A stretch of DNA of 64,000 nt from NCBI GenBank assembly GCA_044344255.1, contig JBIJDH010000016.1:124937-188936 (forward strand). The letters run 5' to 3'. A program made the translations under genes and the position numbers. The notes below the pieces were generated by a model that searched no databases, was not told where the DNA came from, and worked only from the letters and a program-made list of their open reading frames with translations. Positions 48,725 through 58,469 of this stretch are shown here, piece after piece. How positions within the stretch are numbered: position 1 is the first letter of the stretch; every line of letters starts with the position of its first letter. The stretch is from Myxococcota bacterium. Lineage in GTDB: Bacteria > Myxococcota_A > UBA796 > UBA2385.

Positions 48725-51700
48725 GCCTCGCCCTGCCAACGCTGTGGCTCGTGCTGGCCGCGCTCACGCCGACCGGGGTCGCCGGGGCCGCTGAGCCTGA
48801 GACGGCGACGCCCGAGGCCGACCCCGACCCGCGGGGCACCCTGGCGACGCCCTGGTACGTCGGCCAGCCCCTCGTACAGGTCAGCCTGGAGGCGCCGGAG
48901 GGCGGCCTGCCGCGGGAGAACCTCGAGCCCCTCCTCCGCGCCCGGCAGGGGGAGCGGGTCCACATCGCCGACGTGCGGCACGACATCGCCCTGCTCTACC
49001 GGGCGGGCTCCTTCGCCGCGGTCGAGGTCGTGGCCGAGCCCTGGTTCACCGTGGGGGAGGACGGCGAGGTGGAGGACGCCGTGCGCCTCACCTACAAGGT
49101 CTGGCCGCCGCCGCGGGTGGCTGACCTCCAGATCGTCGGCGCGCGCGGCGCGGCGCGGCGGGCCGTCCAGCGGGGCCTTCGGCTGCGCGAGGGGGAGCCG
49201 CTGTACGGCGAGGAGGACGAAGAGGCCGCCCGCCTCGCCGCCCTCGCCGCCCTCCGCGGGGCGGGCTTCGCCGACGCGCGTGTCGAGGTGCGGGTGGACC
49301 GCGCCGCGCCGAACGATCCGCGGGTGCTCGTGGCGGTCGAGCCCGGGGCCGCAGGGCGCTACGGCGCGATCCTGCTCTCCGGCGACATCGTGGGGCAGGA
49401 CGACTGCTCGCGGGTGGGGCACCTGCTGCACCCGGATCGCTGCGGCCTCCGAGAGGGGGAGCTCCGCCGCTGGCTGCGCCGGGCCGGGGTCGCCAAGCGG
49501 CGGCGGGTCACCGCGGAGTCCTACGAGGAGGCCCGCCGCACGGTGAGCGACGCCCTCGTCTCCCGCGGCTGGCTCGAGTCCCGCGTCACCACCTTCATCC
49601 CGCCCTTCGACGCGGCCACCGGTGAGGCCTCCCTGACGCTCAACGTCGAGGGGGGCCGCCGCCTCGTCATCGACGCCGACGGGCGCCCCGGGGTGCGGCA
49701 GGATCGGCTCCCCAGCCGCGGCGCGCTGCGCGAGGTGCTCGGCCTCTACCAGGGCGACCGGGTGACCGAGACCTCCGCCGCCGAGGCCCGCCTTCGCCTG
49801 CTCGAGTGGTACGACCACAAGGGATACACCGCCGCCGAGGTGGACATCTCGGTGGCGAGCGACGAGGACATCCACCGGCTGCGGCTGCGGGTCGAGCCCG
49901 GCCGCCGGCGGGTGCTCGACCAGGTGCGGGCGGAGGGGGCGGTCACCTTCACCGAGCGCTACCTCGGCCTCGCGCTGCGCGAGGCCGCCCCCGAGACCCT
50001 GGGCGACAACGTGCTGAGCGAGGGAGACCTCACGAAGGCGATGGGGGCGCTCGGCGAGTTCTACCGGGGCCAGGGCTTCCTCTCCGCCCGGCTGCGCCTC
50101 GGGGAGCGCACGCTCGGCCGCCCCCGCTGGACGCCGCTGCACCCCCTCCAGGTGGTCCAGCCGGTCGACCTCCGCATCGTCGTCGAGGAGGGGCCGCGCA
50201 CCACGCTCTCCGAGCTCCGCTGTGAGGGCGGCACGGGCCTCGAAGACGCGCTGATCGCCACCGCCGGCGCCGAGCTCGTCGGGGGGCCCTACCAGCCGGC
50301 CCGCCTCGACAGCCTCGCCCGCGACCTCGTCGCGCTCTACCGCAGCGAGGGCTACCTCAACGCGGACGCCGCCGTGCGGGTCGAGCAGGTGACCGAGTCG
50401 GAGGGGGCGCCGGGCGAGGCGGGGCGAGGAGAGCCGAGCGGGCCGAGCGCGCGGGCCCTGCTCCGCCTCAACCCGGGCAGCCCGGTGCGGCTCCGCAGCG
50501 TGGTGGTGCGGGGCAACACGCGCACCGCTCGCCGGGTCATCGAGCGGGAGGTGGCGCTCACCGTCGGGGAGCCGATCACGCCGGAGGGGGTGGCCGACAC
50601 CCGGTCTCGCCTCTACGCCCTCGACCTCTTCCGCACCGTCTCCCCCGAGCTCGTCGGCGAGGACGACCGGGCTCGCGATCTGCTGCTGGTGCTCGAAGAG
50701 AAGCCGACGCTGCTCTTCGAGGCCGGCGGCGGCGTCTCGACGGATCAGGGGGTGCAGCTCAACGCGCGCGCGGCCCACCGGAACCTCGGCGGCCTCGGGC
50801 ACACGGTCAACCTGATCGGCCAGGCCGGCCTCGGCTGGGAGGGCGACCGCTGGCTGCTCAACGTCGACGCCCCCACCTACAAGGCGGCCATCCGCTACGA
50901 GGCGCCCTGGGTGCTCGGGCGGGGCTTCCGCCTCAGCGTCGAGGGCCTGCTGGGCGAGCGGGTCCAAGAGCCGACCTTCCGCTTCAGCCGCACCGGGGCC
51001 GCGGTGGGCCTCCGTTACACCCGCTCGCGGCGCTTCGACGTCTTCGCCGACTACCGCCTGCAGGCGCGGCGCATCGAGGACATCGATCCCGGCGCCCTCG
51101 TGCTCGGTGACCCCTGGCTCGGCCCCCTCCACGTCGAGCGCCTCGATGACCTCTCGGGCATCGCGCTCCCCTCCGACCGCCGGGTGGTCACCGGCCCCGA
51201 GGTGGTGCTCGTCTACGACGGGCGGGACGACCGCTTCAACCCGAGGAGGGGGGCCTTCATCTCCGGGATCTTCTCGGTCTCCGACAGCCTCATCACCGAT
51301 CCGCTCTACCTGCGCGGCCAGCTCCGCCTCGAGCGTTTCGTCCCCCTCGGGCCGGTCGTGCTCGATCTCGTGGGCGACCTCGGCGCGGGCTGGAGCCCCG
51401 GCATCAGCGACACCCTGCCGATCGAGGACCGCTTCTACCTCGGCGGCGGCAGCTCCCTCCGCGGCTTCGCGGTCAACTCGGTGGGCCCGGCCAACTACAT
51501 CGGGCGGCCGGAGATCGGCTTCCCCGACGAGGTGGGCCCCATCGTCGGGGGCACCTCCCTCCGCGATCGGTCGGCCCACTGGGTGACGACCGGCGGGGAC
51601 TCCGTGCTGGCCTCGACGGTGGAGGTGCGCGTGCCCTTCCCCACCCTCGGGCTCTCCGGCTTCGACAACACCGCGCTCGCGACCTTCATGGACCTCGGCC

Positions 51701-51915
51701 ACGTCGGCTTCCTCGACAGCTTCGTCACCGCCGACTCCGCCCTGGCCACTGAGACCACCGTGGCCGATCCCTTCTTTCGGTGGAGCGTCGGCGCTGGCCT
51801 CCGCATCAGCACGCCGATCGGCCCGGCCGCCCTCGATCTCGGCTTCAACCTGGACCCACTTCCCGGGCGAGACGAGGCCTGGATCCTGCCCCACCTCTCG
51901 CTCGGCGAGCTTTGA
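48721..51915 (+). CDS. Omp85-family (BamA/TamA-like) protein with POTRA repeats
   Basis: YRGQGF, GNTRT..VIERE, RFYLGGGSSLRGF, GLRISTPIGP; start uncertain. Confidence 0.9.
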   Translation: MSLALPTLWLVLAALTPTGVAGAAEPETATPEADPDPRGTLATPWYVGQPLVQVSLEAPEGGLPRENLEPLLRARQGERVHIADVRHDIALLYRAGSFAAVEVVAEPWFTVGEDGEVEDAVRLTYKVWPPPRVADLQIVGARGAARRAVQRGLRLREGEPLYGEEDEEAARLAALAALRGAGFADARVEVRVDRAAPNDPRVLVAVEPGAAGRYGAILLSGDIVGQDDCSRVGHLLHPDRCGLREGELRRWLRRAGVAKRRRVTAESYEEARRTVSDALVSRGWLESRVTTFIPPFDAATGEASLTLNVEGGRRLVIDADGRPGVRQDRLPSRGALREVLGLYQGDRVTETSAAEARLRLLEWYDHKGYTAAEVDISVASDEDIHRLRLRVEPGRRRVLDQVRAEGAVTFTERYLGLALREAAPETLGDNVLSEGDLTKAMGALGEFYRGQGFLSARLRLGERTLGRPRWTPLHPLQVVQPVDLRIVVEEGPRTTLSELRCEGGTGLEDALIATAGAELVGGPYQPARLDSLARDLVALYRSEGYLNADAAVRVEQVTESEGAPGEAGRGEPSGPSARALLRLNPGSPVRLRSVVVRGNTRTARRVIEREVALTVGEPITPEGVADTRSRLYALDLFRTVSPELVGEDDRARDLLLVLEEKPTLLFEAGGGVSTDQGVQLNARAAHRNLGGLGHTVNLIGQAGLGWEGDRWLLNVDAPTYKAAIRYEAPWVLGRGFRLSVEGLLGERVQEPTFRFSRTGAAVGLRYTRSRRFDVFADYRLQARRIEDIDPGALVLGDPWLGPLHVERLDDLSGIALPSDRRVVTGPEVVLVYDGRDDRFNPRRGAFISGIFSVSDSLITDPLYLRGQLRLERFVPLGPVVLDLVGDLGAGWSPGISDTLPIEDRFYLGGGSSLRGFAVNSVGPANYIGRPEIGFPDEVGPIVGGTSLRDRSAHWVTTGGDSVLASTVEVRVPFPTLGLSGFDNTALATFMDLGHVGFLDSFVTADSALATETTVADPFFRWSVGAGLRISTPIGPAALDLGFNLDPLPGRDEAWILPHLSLGEL

Positions 51916-52098
51916 GTCCTTGCTGTGGGCGACTGTGGGTGACCGCGGATCCGGCGAGCCATAGATAGATTTCACCAGACGGCGGGACCAACCCAAGCGC
52001 TGGTAGCCAACCAAGCAGATTGAAGCTGCGGGTTTTCGCTCGACTGGAGCGCGACCTACGGCGTGTCACACCCCCATAGACCCCTGTTGGAGAACACC

Positions 52099-52557
52099 AT
52101 GAACGCTCTTCGGTTCCTCCCCGCCCTCGCCCTTGCCTTCGTCGCCACCACCGCTTGGGCCGGCAGCACCTACCCCGGCGCCAACTGCCTCGCGACCAGC
52201 GGCACCGCAACCTTCGACACCGATGCCCACGCCGAGAACGCCAGCTCGAGCGCCACCCTCTACCTCGTCTGTCCCGTCGTCGACCCCGACGTGACCACCC
52301 CGTCCACCACCGCGGCCGTCTGGGTGACCGACCTCCACTACTCGAGCAACGTCTGCTGCGACGCCCGCGTCAAGAACACCGGCTCCTCCGTCTCGGTCTC
52401 GAGCCAGGTCTGCTCCACCGGCTCGGCCTCCACCTACCAGGGCCTCGCCCCCACCCCGCCCTCGATGTCCTACACCTTCACCCACCGCTACTACTACTGC
52501 TCCGTGCCGGCCACCTACAGCGGCAATCGCTCGGAGATCCGCACCTACCGCTACTGA
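52099..52557 (+). CDS. secreted Ser/Thr-rich 6-Cys protein
   Basis: GGAG RBS; signal peptide ending AWA; YPGANC, LVCPV, VCC, YYYC. Confidence 0.8.
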   Translation: MNALRFLPALALAFVATTAWAGSTYPGANCLATSGTATFDTDAHAENASSSATLYLVCPVVDPDVTTPSTTAAVWVTDLHYSSNVCCDARVKNTGSSVSVSSQVCSTGSASTYQGLAPTPPSMSYTFTHRYYYCSVPATYSGNRSEIRTYRY

Positions 52558-52626
52558 TCGCTCACCATCACCGCGGTTTGTCCTGCCTCCGTGCCCTCAG
52601 GGGCGCGGGGGCGGGCCTCGTCTGTT

Positions 52627-52656
52627 CACGCCACGCCACGTCACGCCACGTCACGC
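52627..52656. repeat. (CACGY)x6 tandem pentamer
   Basis: CACGC CACGC CACGT CACGC CACGT CACGC just upstream of the AGGAG RBS. Confidence 0.85.
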
Positions 52657-52673
52657 ATCTGCAGGAGCCCCTC

Positions 52674-53312
52674 ATGAAGTCGCCGATCCTCCCAACCCTC
52701 ACCATTGTCCTCCTGTCCGCCGCGGGGGCCGCGCTCTGGCTCTCCGACGGGGGCCGCCCTCCCGCGCCCGAGGCCGCTTTGGTCGCCTCCGCCGGCGAGG
52801 CCCCCGGGGCCGCCGCCGCGCGCGGGGCCGGAACGACGGCGCCGCGCGCCGGGGAGCTCGAGGGGGTGAAGGAGGAGCTCGCCGAGCTCCAGGACCGCTT
52901 GGGGGAGGTGGAGGAGACCGTGGCCGAGGTGCCGCTCCCCGTGGAGGACTCCCCCGAGGGAGATGACGGCGACGCCTGGTCGGCCCGCGCCGCCACCCGC
53001 TACGACGAGGTGGTGGAGGTCCAGCCGGTCGATCCCGAGTGGAGCCCGGTGATGCGCCAGCACATCCAGGAGTTCATGAGCGGCGGCCAGCGCGCGGGCA
53101 TCCACAGCGGCGCCGCCGACTGCCGCAGCACCATCTGCCGGGTGGAGGTCAACGCCCAGAGCCGCGACGACCGCGACCGCCTCGTCGCCGACGTCTCGGC
53201 GATGCTCGAGCCGGAGGCCGAGGCCTTCCTGCACATCGAGGACGACGAAGACCTCGACATCACCATCTACGTGGCCCGCGGCGGCACCACGCTGCCGCCG
53301 GTCACGCTCTGA
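52674..53312 (+). CDS. membrane-anchored hypothetical protein with CRSTIC motif
   Basis: AGGAG RBS; N-terminal TM helix, coiled coil, DPEWS...DCRSTICRVEV. Confidence 0.8.
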   Translation: MKSPILPTLTIVLLSAAGAALWLSDGGRPPAPEAALVASAGEAPGAAAARGAGTTAPRAGELEGVKEELAELQDRLGEVEETVAEVPLPVEDSPEGDDGDAWSARAATRYDEVVEVQPVDPEWSPVMRQHIQEFMSGGQRAGIHSGAADCRSTICRVEVNAQSRDDRDRLVADVSAMLEPEAEAFLHIEDDEDLDITIYVARGGTTLPPVTL

Positions 53313-53351
53313 GCGGCGCGCCCCAACCCCGCGGAGGGCGCACGGCGCCTG

Positions 53352-55349
53352 TCACTCGAGCTCGGAGCGGCGGACGGTCCAGGCGTCGGCCGCCTCCCCG
53401 GCCGCGGAGACGAAGGTGGCGGTGAGGGTGGGGTCGGCCTGGGTGGTGTCGACGTCGATGAGGATGTAGGCGTCGCCCTCCTCGTAGCAGGCCACGCGCT
53501 CGTCGCCGGCCGCCCCGCAAGAAGAGGCGCCGCCGAGGGCGAGGGGCGAGGCGGTGAGCTCGGGGAGGGAGTAGCCGCCGCCCACGCCGGGCAGCAGGCG
53601 CATCTCGGAGTGGTGGATGTCGCCCGAGAGCAGCACGACGCCGCCGATCCCCTCGTCGGTCAGGGCCTGGAAGAGGCGGTCTCGGGCCTCGGGGTAGGCG
53701 GCCCAGGAGTCGCTCGATCCCTCAAGGGTCCACTGGCTGCCGAGGCCGACGAGCTTGAAGGTGGCGTCGGAGGCCCAGAGGGCCTCGAGCAGCCAGGCCT
53801 CCTGGTCGAGGCCGAGCAGGCTGTCGTCGAGGCTCCGCCAGGTGCGGCCGTCGAGCAGGAAGAGCTCCACCTCCCCCCAGCGCTGCGAGTGGTAGATGCC
53901 CGCCGCCCCGTCGCCGACGCTGGAGTTGGCCCAGTACTCGGAGAAGACCCGGCGGGCGACCTCGCCGCCAGGGCTCGAGGCGTCGGAGTTGTTGGCGACG
54001 TAGTCGTGGTCGTCCCAGATGGCGAGGATCGAGCTCTGGTGCAGCAGATCGCGGCGGAGGGCCCGGCTGTGCGCCCAGCGGTACTGCTGGCGGCTGGCCC
54101 CGAGCTCGGCGGTGTCGCCGTAGTGGTTGTCGCCGAGGAAGAGGAAGACGTCTGGATCGGCGGCGAGGAGGGCCCCGAAGATGGGCTGGGCCTCGTCCCG
54201 GGCGCAGGAGCCGAAGGCGAAGCGGCTGCGGGTGGGGCTGTGGGGATCGGGGGCGGTGGTGAAGGACCAGGGGCCGTAGCGCACGCCCTCGATCTCGAGG
54301 TCATAGGCCCAGGTGGTCTCGGCGGAGAGGCCGAAGACCTCGACCTCCTCCGTGAAGTCGTCGGCCGCCGCGGGGTAGCCCGTGTGGACCACCGGGGCGG
54401 AGGCGAGGGCGGAGGCGCTGCTGGCCACCCGCAGGGCCACCGCGCGGGTCGCGTCGGTGCGGTACCAGATGCGCGCCGACTCGGCGGACACCGCCCCCAG
54501 CATCGGCCCGTGGGTGAGGGTGAGGCCGTCGATGCCCGCGCAGTCGACGGACAGGGCGTCGGTCCAATCGGTGACCTCGGCGCCGCCCCCGTCGCCGATG
54601 TTGAGGGTGAGGCCGTCCTCGCAGTAGACCGGCGCGCCGTCGAGGGAGACGAGGAAGGCGTCGGGCTGCCAGCGGTCACCGCCGGAGCGGGTGCGGACGG
54701 TGAACCGGTCGAGGGTGGCGAGGTCAACCGCCTCCCCCTCGTAGGCGACCACGTCGGTCTGGCCGGCGACCATGTCGTCCCAGTCGGCCTGATCGGTGGC
54801 CCAGCAGGCGGTGGCGCTGAGGCAGATCTCTTGTACGTCGGCGCTGCCGGCGTACTCGGAGCGCGTCGAGGTGCGGATCGTCAGCGTCACGATCGAGGCC
54901 ACCGCTGGGAGGGCTGGGTAGCCAGGGTCCTGGCAGCCCTGGCCGTCGTTCGGCACCCCGTCGTCGACGGCGCCGTCACAGTCCTGATCGACGCCGTCAC
55001 AGCGCTCGGCCGCGGCGGGAGAGCGGGCGGGGTCGGCGTCGTCACAGTCCACGTCGGCCGCGAAGCCGTCCCCGTCGGCGTCGGGCGGCGGCGGCGGACC
55101 GGTGTCGACGGGGCTGTCCTCACCGGCCTCCCCGCCGGGGTCGCCGCTGTCTGCGCCACCGTCGGCCCCGCCGCCGTCGGCCCCGCTGTCCGTCGCGAGG
55201 ACGTCGGGCTCACCGCCGATCAGGGCCCTCGAACCCTTGGTCGGAGCGGAGGAGCAGGCCGAGAGGTGCGCGAAGAGCACAACCAATAGGCTGCCTGCGG
55301 AATGAAGGCCGCTCCGTGCGTATGGATGTGCAGTCAGAGTGGAGGACAT
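53352..55349 (-). CDS. phoD: PhoD-family alkaline phosphatase lipoprotein with extra N-terminal domains
   Basis: FGSC, LGDNHY, WDDHDY, LLDGR, LSGDIH; DADGDG...DCDD...CDGVDQDCDG motif. Confidence 0.85.
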   Translation of the reverse strand: MSSTLTAHPYARSGLHSAGSLLVVLFAHLSACSSAPTKGSRALIGGEPDVLATDSGADGGGADGGADSGDPGGEAGEDSPVDTGPPPPPDADGDGFAADVDCDDADPARSPAAAERCDGVDQDCDGAVDDGVPNDGQGCQDPGYPALPAVASIVTLTIRTSTRSEYAGSADVQEICLSATACWATDQADWDDMVAGQTDVVAYEGEAVDLATLDRFTVRTRSGGDRWQPDAFLVSLDGAPVYCEDGLTLNIGDGGGAEVTDWTDALSVDCAGIDGLTLTHGPMLGAVSAESARIWYRTDATRAVALRVASSASALASAPVVHTGYPAAADDFTEEVEVFGLSAETTWAYDLEIEGVRYGPWSFTTAPDPHSPTRSRFAFGSCARDEAQPIFGALLAADPDVFLFLGDNHYGDTAELGASRQQYRWAHSRALRRDLLHQSSILAIWDDHDYVANNSDASSPGGEVARRVFSEYWANSSVGDGAAGIYHSQRWGEVELFLLDGRTWRSLDDSLLGLDQEAWLLEALWASDATFKLVGLGSQWTLEGSSDSWAAYPEARDRLFQALTDEGIGGVVLLSGDIHHSEMRLLPGVGGGYSLPELTASPLALGGASSCGAAGDERVACYEEGDAYILIDVDTTQADPTLTATFVSAAGEAADAWTVRRSELE

Positions 55350-55587
55350 GGGCTCTCTGTGCCTCAGCCGTGAAGACCCTGGAGAATGCGCGTGCGGGCG
55401 CGAATCCGGTGTGGCAAGATGGTGGTTTCTGGCGTGTGCACGGGGGGGAGTCTCCTCGAGGGGCTTCGCCCGTTGGACTCTATGGTGTTAGGCTGTGAGT
55501 AACATGGCGAATTTGATGGGTCTAATTGTTCTGAATCGGGCGCCATCTGTGTCTGTATTTGGTGTTGAATCTGTCTCTGGAGGTCTC

Positions 55588-57234
55588 ATGAGTCTTCGTA
55601 CGGTGCTCTCTTCGGCTGGCGCTCGGACCGCCTTCACCTCCTCGGTGATCACACTGTGGACCGCTTCGCTCGGCTCCGCCGCAGCGGCCACCTTCACCGT
55701 GAGCCCCACGGACACTTATAAGACGGTCAACTCCGCGATCCTCGCCGCGACCAGCGGTGACACCATCCTCGTCGGCCCGGGCACCTACGCGACCTACATC
55801 CCCGATACAAAAGGCAAAGACCTGACGATCTCCTCGACCGGGGGCGCCGGCGTGACCTTCCTCGTCGGTAACGGCAAGCAGCCGGTGGTGACGGCGAAGG
55901 GCGGGTCGGTCTCCTTCACGGGCTTCACCATCCAGAACCCCTATGTGAGCGCCACGGCCAAGGGCGGCCGCGGGATGGTGGTGTCGGCGGGCGCCGCGGT
56001 CACCATCACCGACAGCGTGATCTCGAGCACCGGCGGCACCACGGTGAACGGCGGCGGCATCTATGTCGCGGCCTCCTCGGTCACCCTCGTGGGGAACACC
56101 TTCACCACCAACCAGGGAGCCAACGGGGCTCACCTCGCCGCGGTGTCCGGCTCGACGGTGACGGCGACCAACAACACCTTCACCGCCGGCACCGCCTCTG
56201 ACAAGGGCGGCGCGATGTCGATCGACAACACCACGGTCACGCTGAGCGGCAACACCTTCTCCTCGAACGTGGCCGCCCGCTGGGGGGGCGCGCTGCGCCT
56301 GACCCAGGGCTCGGACGTGAGCGTGGACGGAGACACCTTCACCGCCAACGTTTCCACCGCAGAGCAAGGCGGGGCGATCAGCTCCGCCGGCAATTGTGCG
56401 CTCTCCATCGTGGGGGCCACCTTCGACTCGAACACCTCCGTCAACGGCGGCGGCGCCATCTACTTAGAGGAGGGGCCCCTGAGCGTCTCCACCTCGACCT
56501 TCACTGGCAACGCCTCCTCGGTCGGCTCCGGCGGCGCCCTGCTCGTGCTCGAGCGCACCACCCCGACAGACTACGGCGTGACCTCGGTGAGCGTGAGCGA
56601 GTCTACCTTTGACGCCAACACCACGCCGGGCAACGGGGGGGCCCTCTCGGTCACCGACGTCTCCCCCCAGATCGCGCTCTCCACCTTCACCAACAACGAG
56701 GGGGCCTACGGCGGGGCGATCTACGCCGTGGACGCCGTGGGCAACGGCGGAGGCTTCGAGCTCGACGAGAGCGTCCTCGACACCAACACGGCGACCTCGA
56801 GCGGCGGCGCGGTCTACGTGAGCTCGCTCAACGGCATCATCGTCGAGCACAACGCCTTCGCCGCGAACCACGCCGACACCTCGGGGGCGGCCGTCTACCT
56901 CGACTGCAACTACTCGGGCGTGATCGGCAACAACCTCATCGTCTACCAGACCGGCGCCGTCGACGTCTTCACCTCCGGCAGCACCTGCGACATCATGGAC
57001 GTGGCCTACAACGGCTTCTTCGGCAGCGGTGTGGGCAAGGCCTCGGGCCTCGTCAACGACGCGGATCTCCCCGCCGACGGCAACCTCGAGGTCGACCCTC
57101 TGCTCGTGAACTACACGGGCAACCCGGCCACGAACAACCTCCAGCTCCAGGCGACGAGCCCGCTGCTGGAGGGCGCGAGCCCCTGGGTGCTCGACGCGCT
57201 CGGCACCCGCGGCGACATCGGAGTCTGGCCCTGA
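55588..57234 (+). CDS. secreted right-handed parallel beta-helix protein
   Basis: GGAGG + ATG 55588; repeated FxxN...GGA(I/L/V). Confidence 0.85.
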   Translation: MSLRTVLSSAGARTAFTSSVITLWTASLGSAAAATFTVSPTDTYKTVNSAILAATSGDTILVGPGTYATYIPDTKGKDLTISSTGGAGVTFLVGNGKQPVVTAKGGSVSFTGFTIQNPYVSATAKGGRGMVVSAGAAVTITDSVISSTGGTTVNGGGIYVAASSVTLVGNTFTTNQGANGAHLAAVSGSTVTATNNTFTAGTASDKGGAMSIDNTTVTLSGNTFSSNVAARWGGALRLTQGSDVSVDGDTFTANVSTAEQGGAISSAGNCALSIVGATFDSNTSVNGGGAIYLEEGPLSVSTSTFTGNASSVGSGGALLVLERTTPTDYGVTSVSVSESTFDANTTPGNGGALSVTDVSPQIALSTFTNNEGAYGGAIYAVDAVGNGGGFELDESVLDTNTATSSGGAVYVSSLNGIIVEHNAFAANHADTSGAAVYLDCNYSGVIGNNLIVYQTGAVDVFTSGSTCDIMDVAYNGFFGSGVGKASGLVNDADLPADGNLEVDPLLVNYTGNPATNNLQLQATSPLLEGASPWVLDALGTRGDIGVWP

Positions 57235-57306
57235 AGGGCGTCGGGGTCTGGCCCTGAAGGGCGTCGGGGTCTGGCCCTGAAGGGCGTCGGCGTCTGGCCC
57301 TGAGGG
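57223..57306. repeat. 23-bp tandem repeat (about 3.6 copies) spanning a stop codon
   Basis: GTCTGGCCCTGAAGGGCGTCGGG at 57223, 57246, 57269 and partial at 57292. Confidence 0.92.
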
Positions 57307-57315
57307 TGCCCCCCG

Positions 57316-58458
57316 TCAGGGCACGGTGACGCGCCGCCACTTGATGCGCACCTGGTCGAAGTGCCCGGTCCGGTCGGCTGGCTCTTCCGCCGGCTGGACG
57401 TGACCATCGGCGCTGCGGGCGCGGGCTGCCACGACGTGGTCTCCGCGCGCGGGCCCCTCCCAGCGGTAGGAGAAGAGCGCCCAGGCGTGCTTCAGCCGGG
57501 CGCCGGGCTCGTAGACCTGCTCGGGGGCCTGGAAGGTGGCCTCTGTCCAGGTCTGACCGTGGTCGGTGGAGACCTCGACCCCCACGATCGGAGCCTCGCC
57601 GCCCCAGGCCCAGCCGGAGAGCGTGAAGGCTCGGCTCGCCCCCTCGATCGGGGCGCAGCGGGTGATGAGCGACTTGAGGCCGATCCAGCGGGCCTGCTCC
57701 CGCACCCACTTGCCGTCCTTCTTGCGCTTGTTCGTGTAGACGAGCGTGTTGTTGAGGCCGTCGTGGGGCTTGTCCTTGCCCTCGATGCGGGCGAGCCACT
57801 TCACGTGCGACATCGAGTAGATGTTGGGCACGATCAGCCGTGCGGGGAAGCCGCGGGCCCGGCTGAGCGGGGCGCCGTTGAAGCGCAGCGCGATGAGGGC
57901 ATCGGACTGGCGGAGCTCCTCGACCGACAGCCCGTAGTCGTAGCCCGAGGGGCCGAGCATGCCGTCCTGGCCGTGAAAGACGAGGTCGGTGCTGGGCCCG
58001 GGCCCGCCGCAGGCCTCGATCAGCGCCATCAGGCGGACGCCGCCCCAGCGCGCCTGGCCGATGAGCCCGGCCGAGCCCATCCAGGTGTGGCCGTTGCCGG
58101 AGCACTCCACCACGCAGACCTCCTCGGACTGGGGCATGGCCAGCAGATCGTCGAGGCTGAATTCGCGCGGCGATGCTACGCCCTCCACCCGGAGCCGCCA
58201 GGTGCTGGCATCGACCTCGGGGTGCACGTAGCGGTCCCGCCGGAAGAAGCTCTCCTCGGTGGAGAGGGCGCCGGTGCGGGCCGCCTCGGGCTGCTCGGCC
58301 ATCGAGAGGGCGCGGAAGAAGGCGCTGAACCAGCTCGCCGGCACCCAGCTCGCGAGGCCCTCGAGGGGGCGGAGGAGGAGGTCACCCGGCTGGCCCTCCG
58401 CAGCGGGGGCCTTGGCATCGTCGAGGTTGGAGCTCACATCGTCACGCTGGGCCACCAC
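57316..58458 (-). CDS. sulfite-oxidase-family molybdopterin oxidoreductase
   Basis: FFRR, ECSGN, WGGV, NGAPL...GFPARLIVP, VKWL. Confidence 0.9.
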   Translation of the reverse strand: MVAQRDDVSSNLDDAKAPAAEGQPGDLLLRPLEGLASWVPASWFSAFFRALSMAEQPEAARTGALSTEESFFRRDRYVHPEVDASTWRLRVEGVASPREFSLDDLLAMPQSEEVCVVECSGNGHTWMGSAGLIGQARWGGVRLMALIEACGGPGPSTDLVFHGQDGMLGPSGYDYGLSVEELRQSDALIALRFNGAPLSRARGFPARLIVPNIYSMSHVKWLARIEGKDKPHDGLNNTLVYTNKRKKDGKWVREQARWIGLKSLITRCAPIEGASRAFTLSGWAWGGEAPIVGVEVSTDHGQTWTEATFQAPEQVYEPGARLKHAWALFSYRWEGPARGDHVVAARARSADGHVQPAEEPADRTGHFDQVRIKWRRVTVP

Positions 58459-58469
58459 AAGGGAGGGCG

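Noticed and set aside
44591..52014. Long minus-strand ORFs (1382 and 1125 aa)
   Set aside because: Antisense shadows of GC-rich tamB/Omp85 genes; same for 34519..37317, 11175..13676 and similar
52155..52673. N-terminal part of the 385-aa ORF
   Set aside because: Overlaps the secreted-protein gene out of frame; RBS supports ATG 52674
57223..57306. CRISPR array
   Set aside because: Units are contiguous with no spacers; no cas genes in the window
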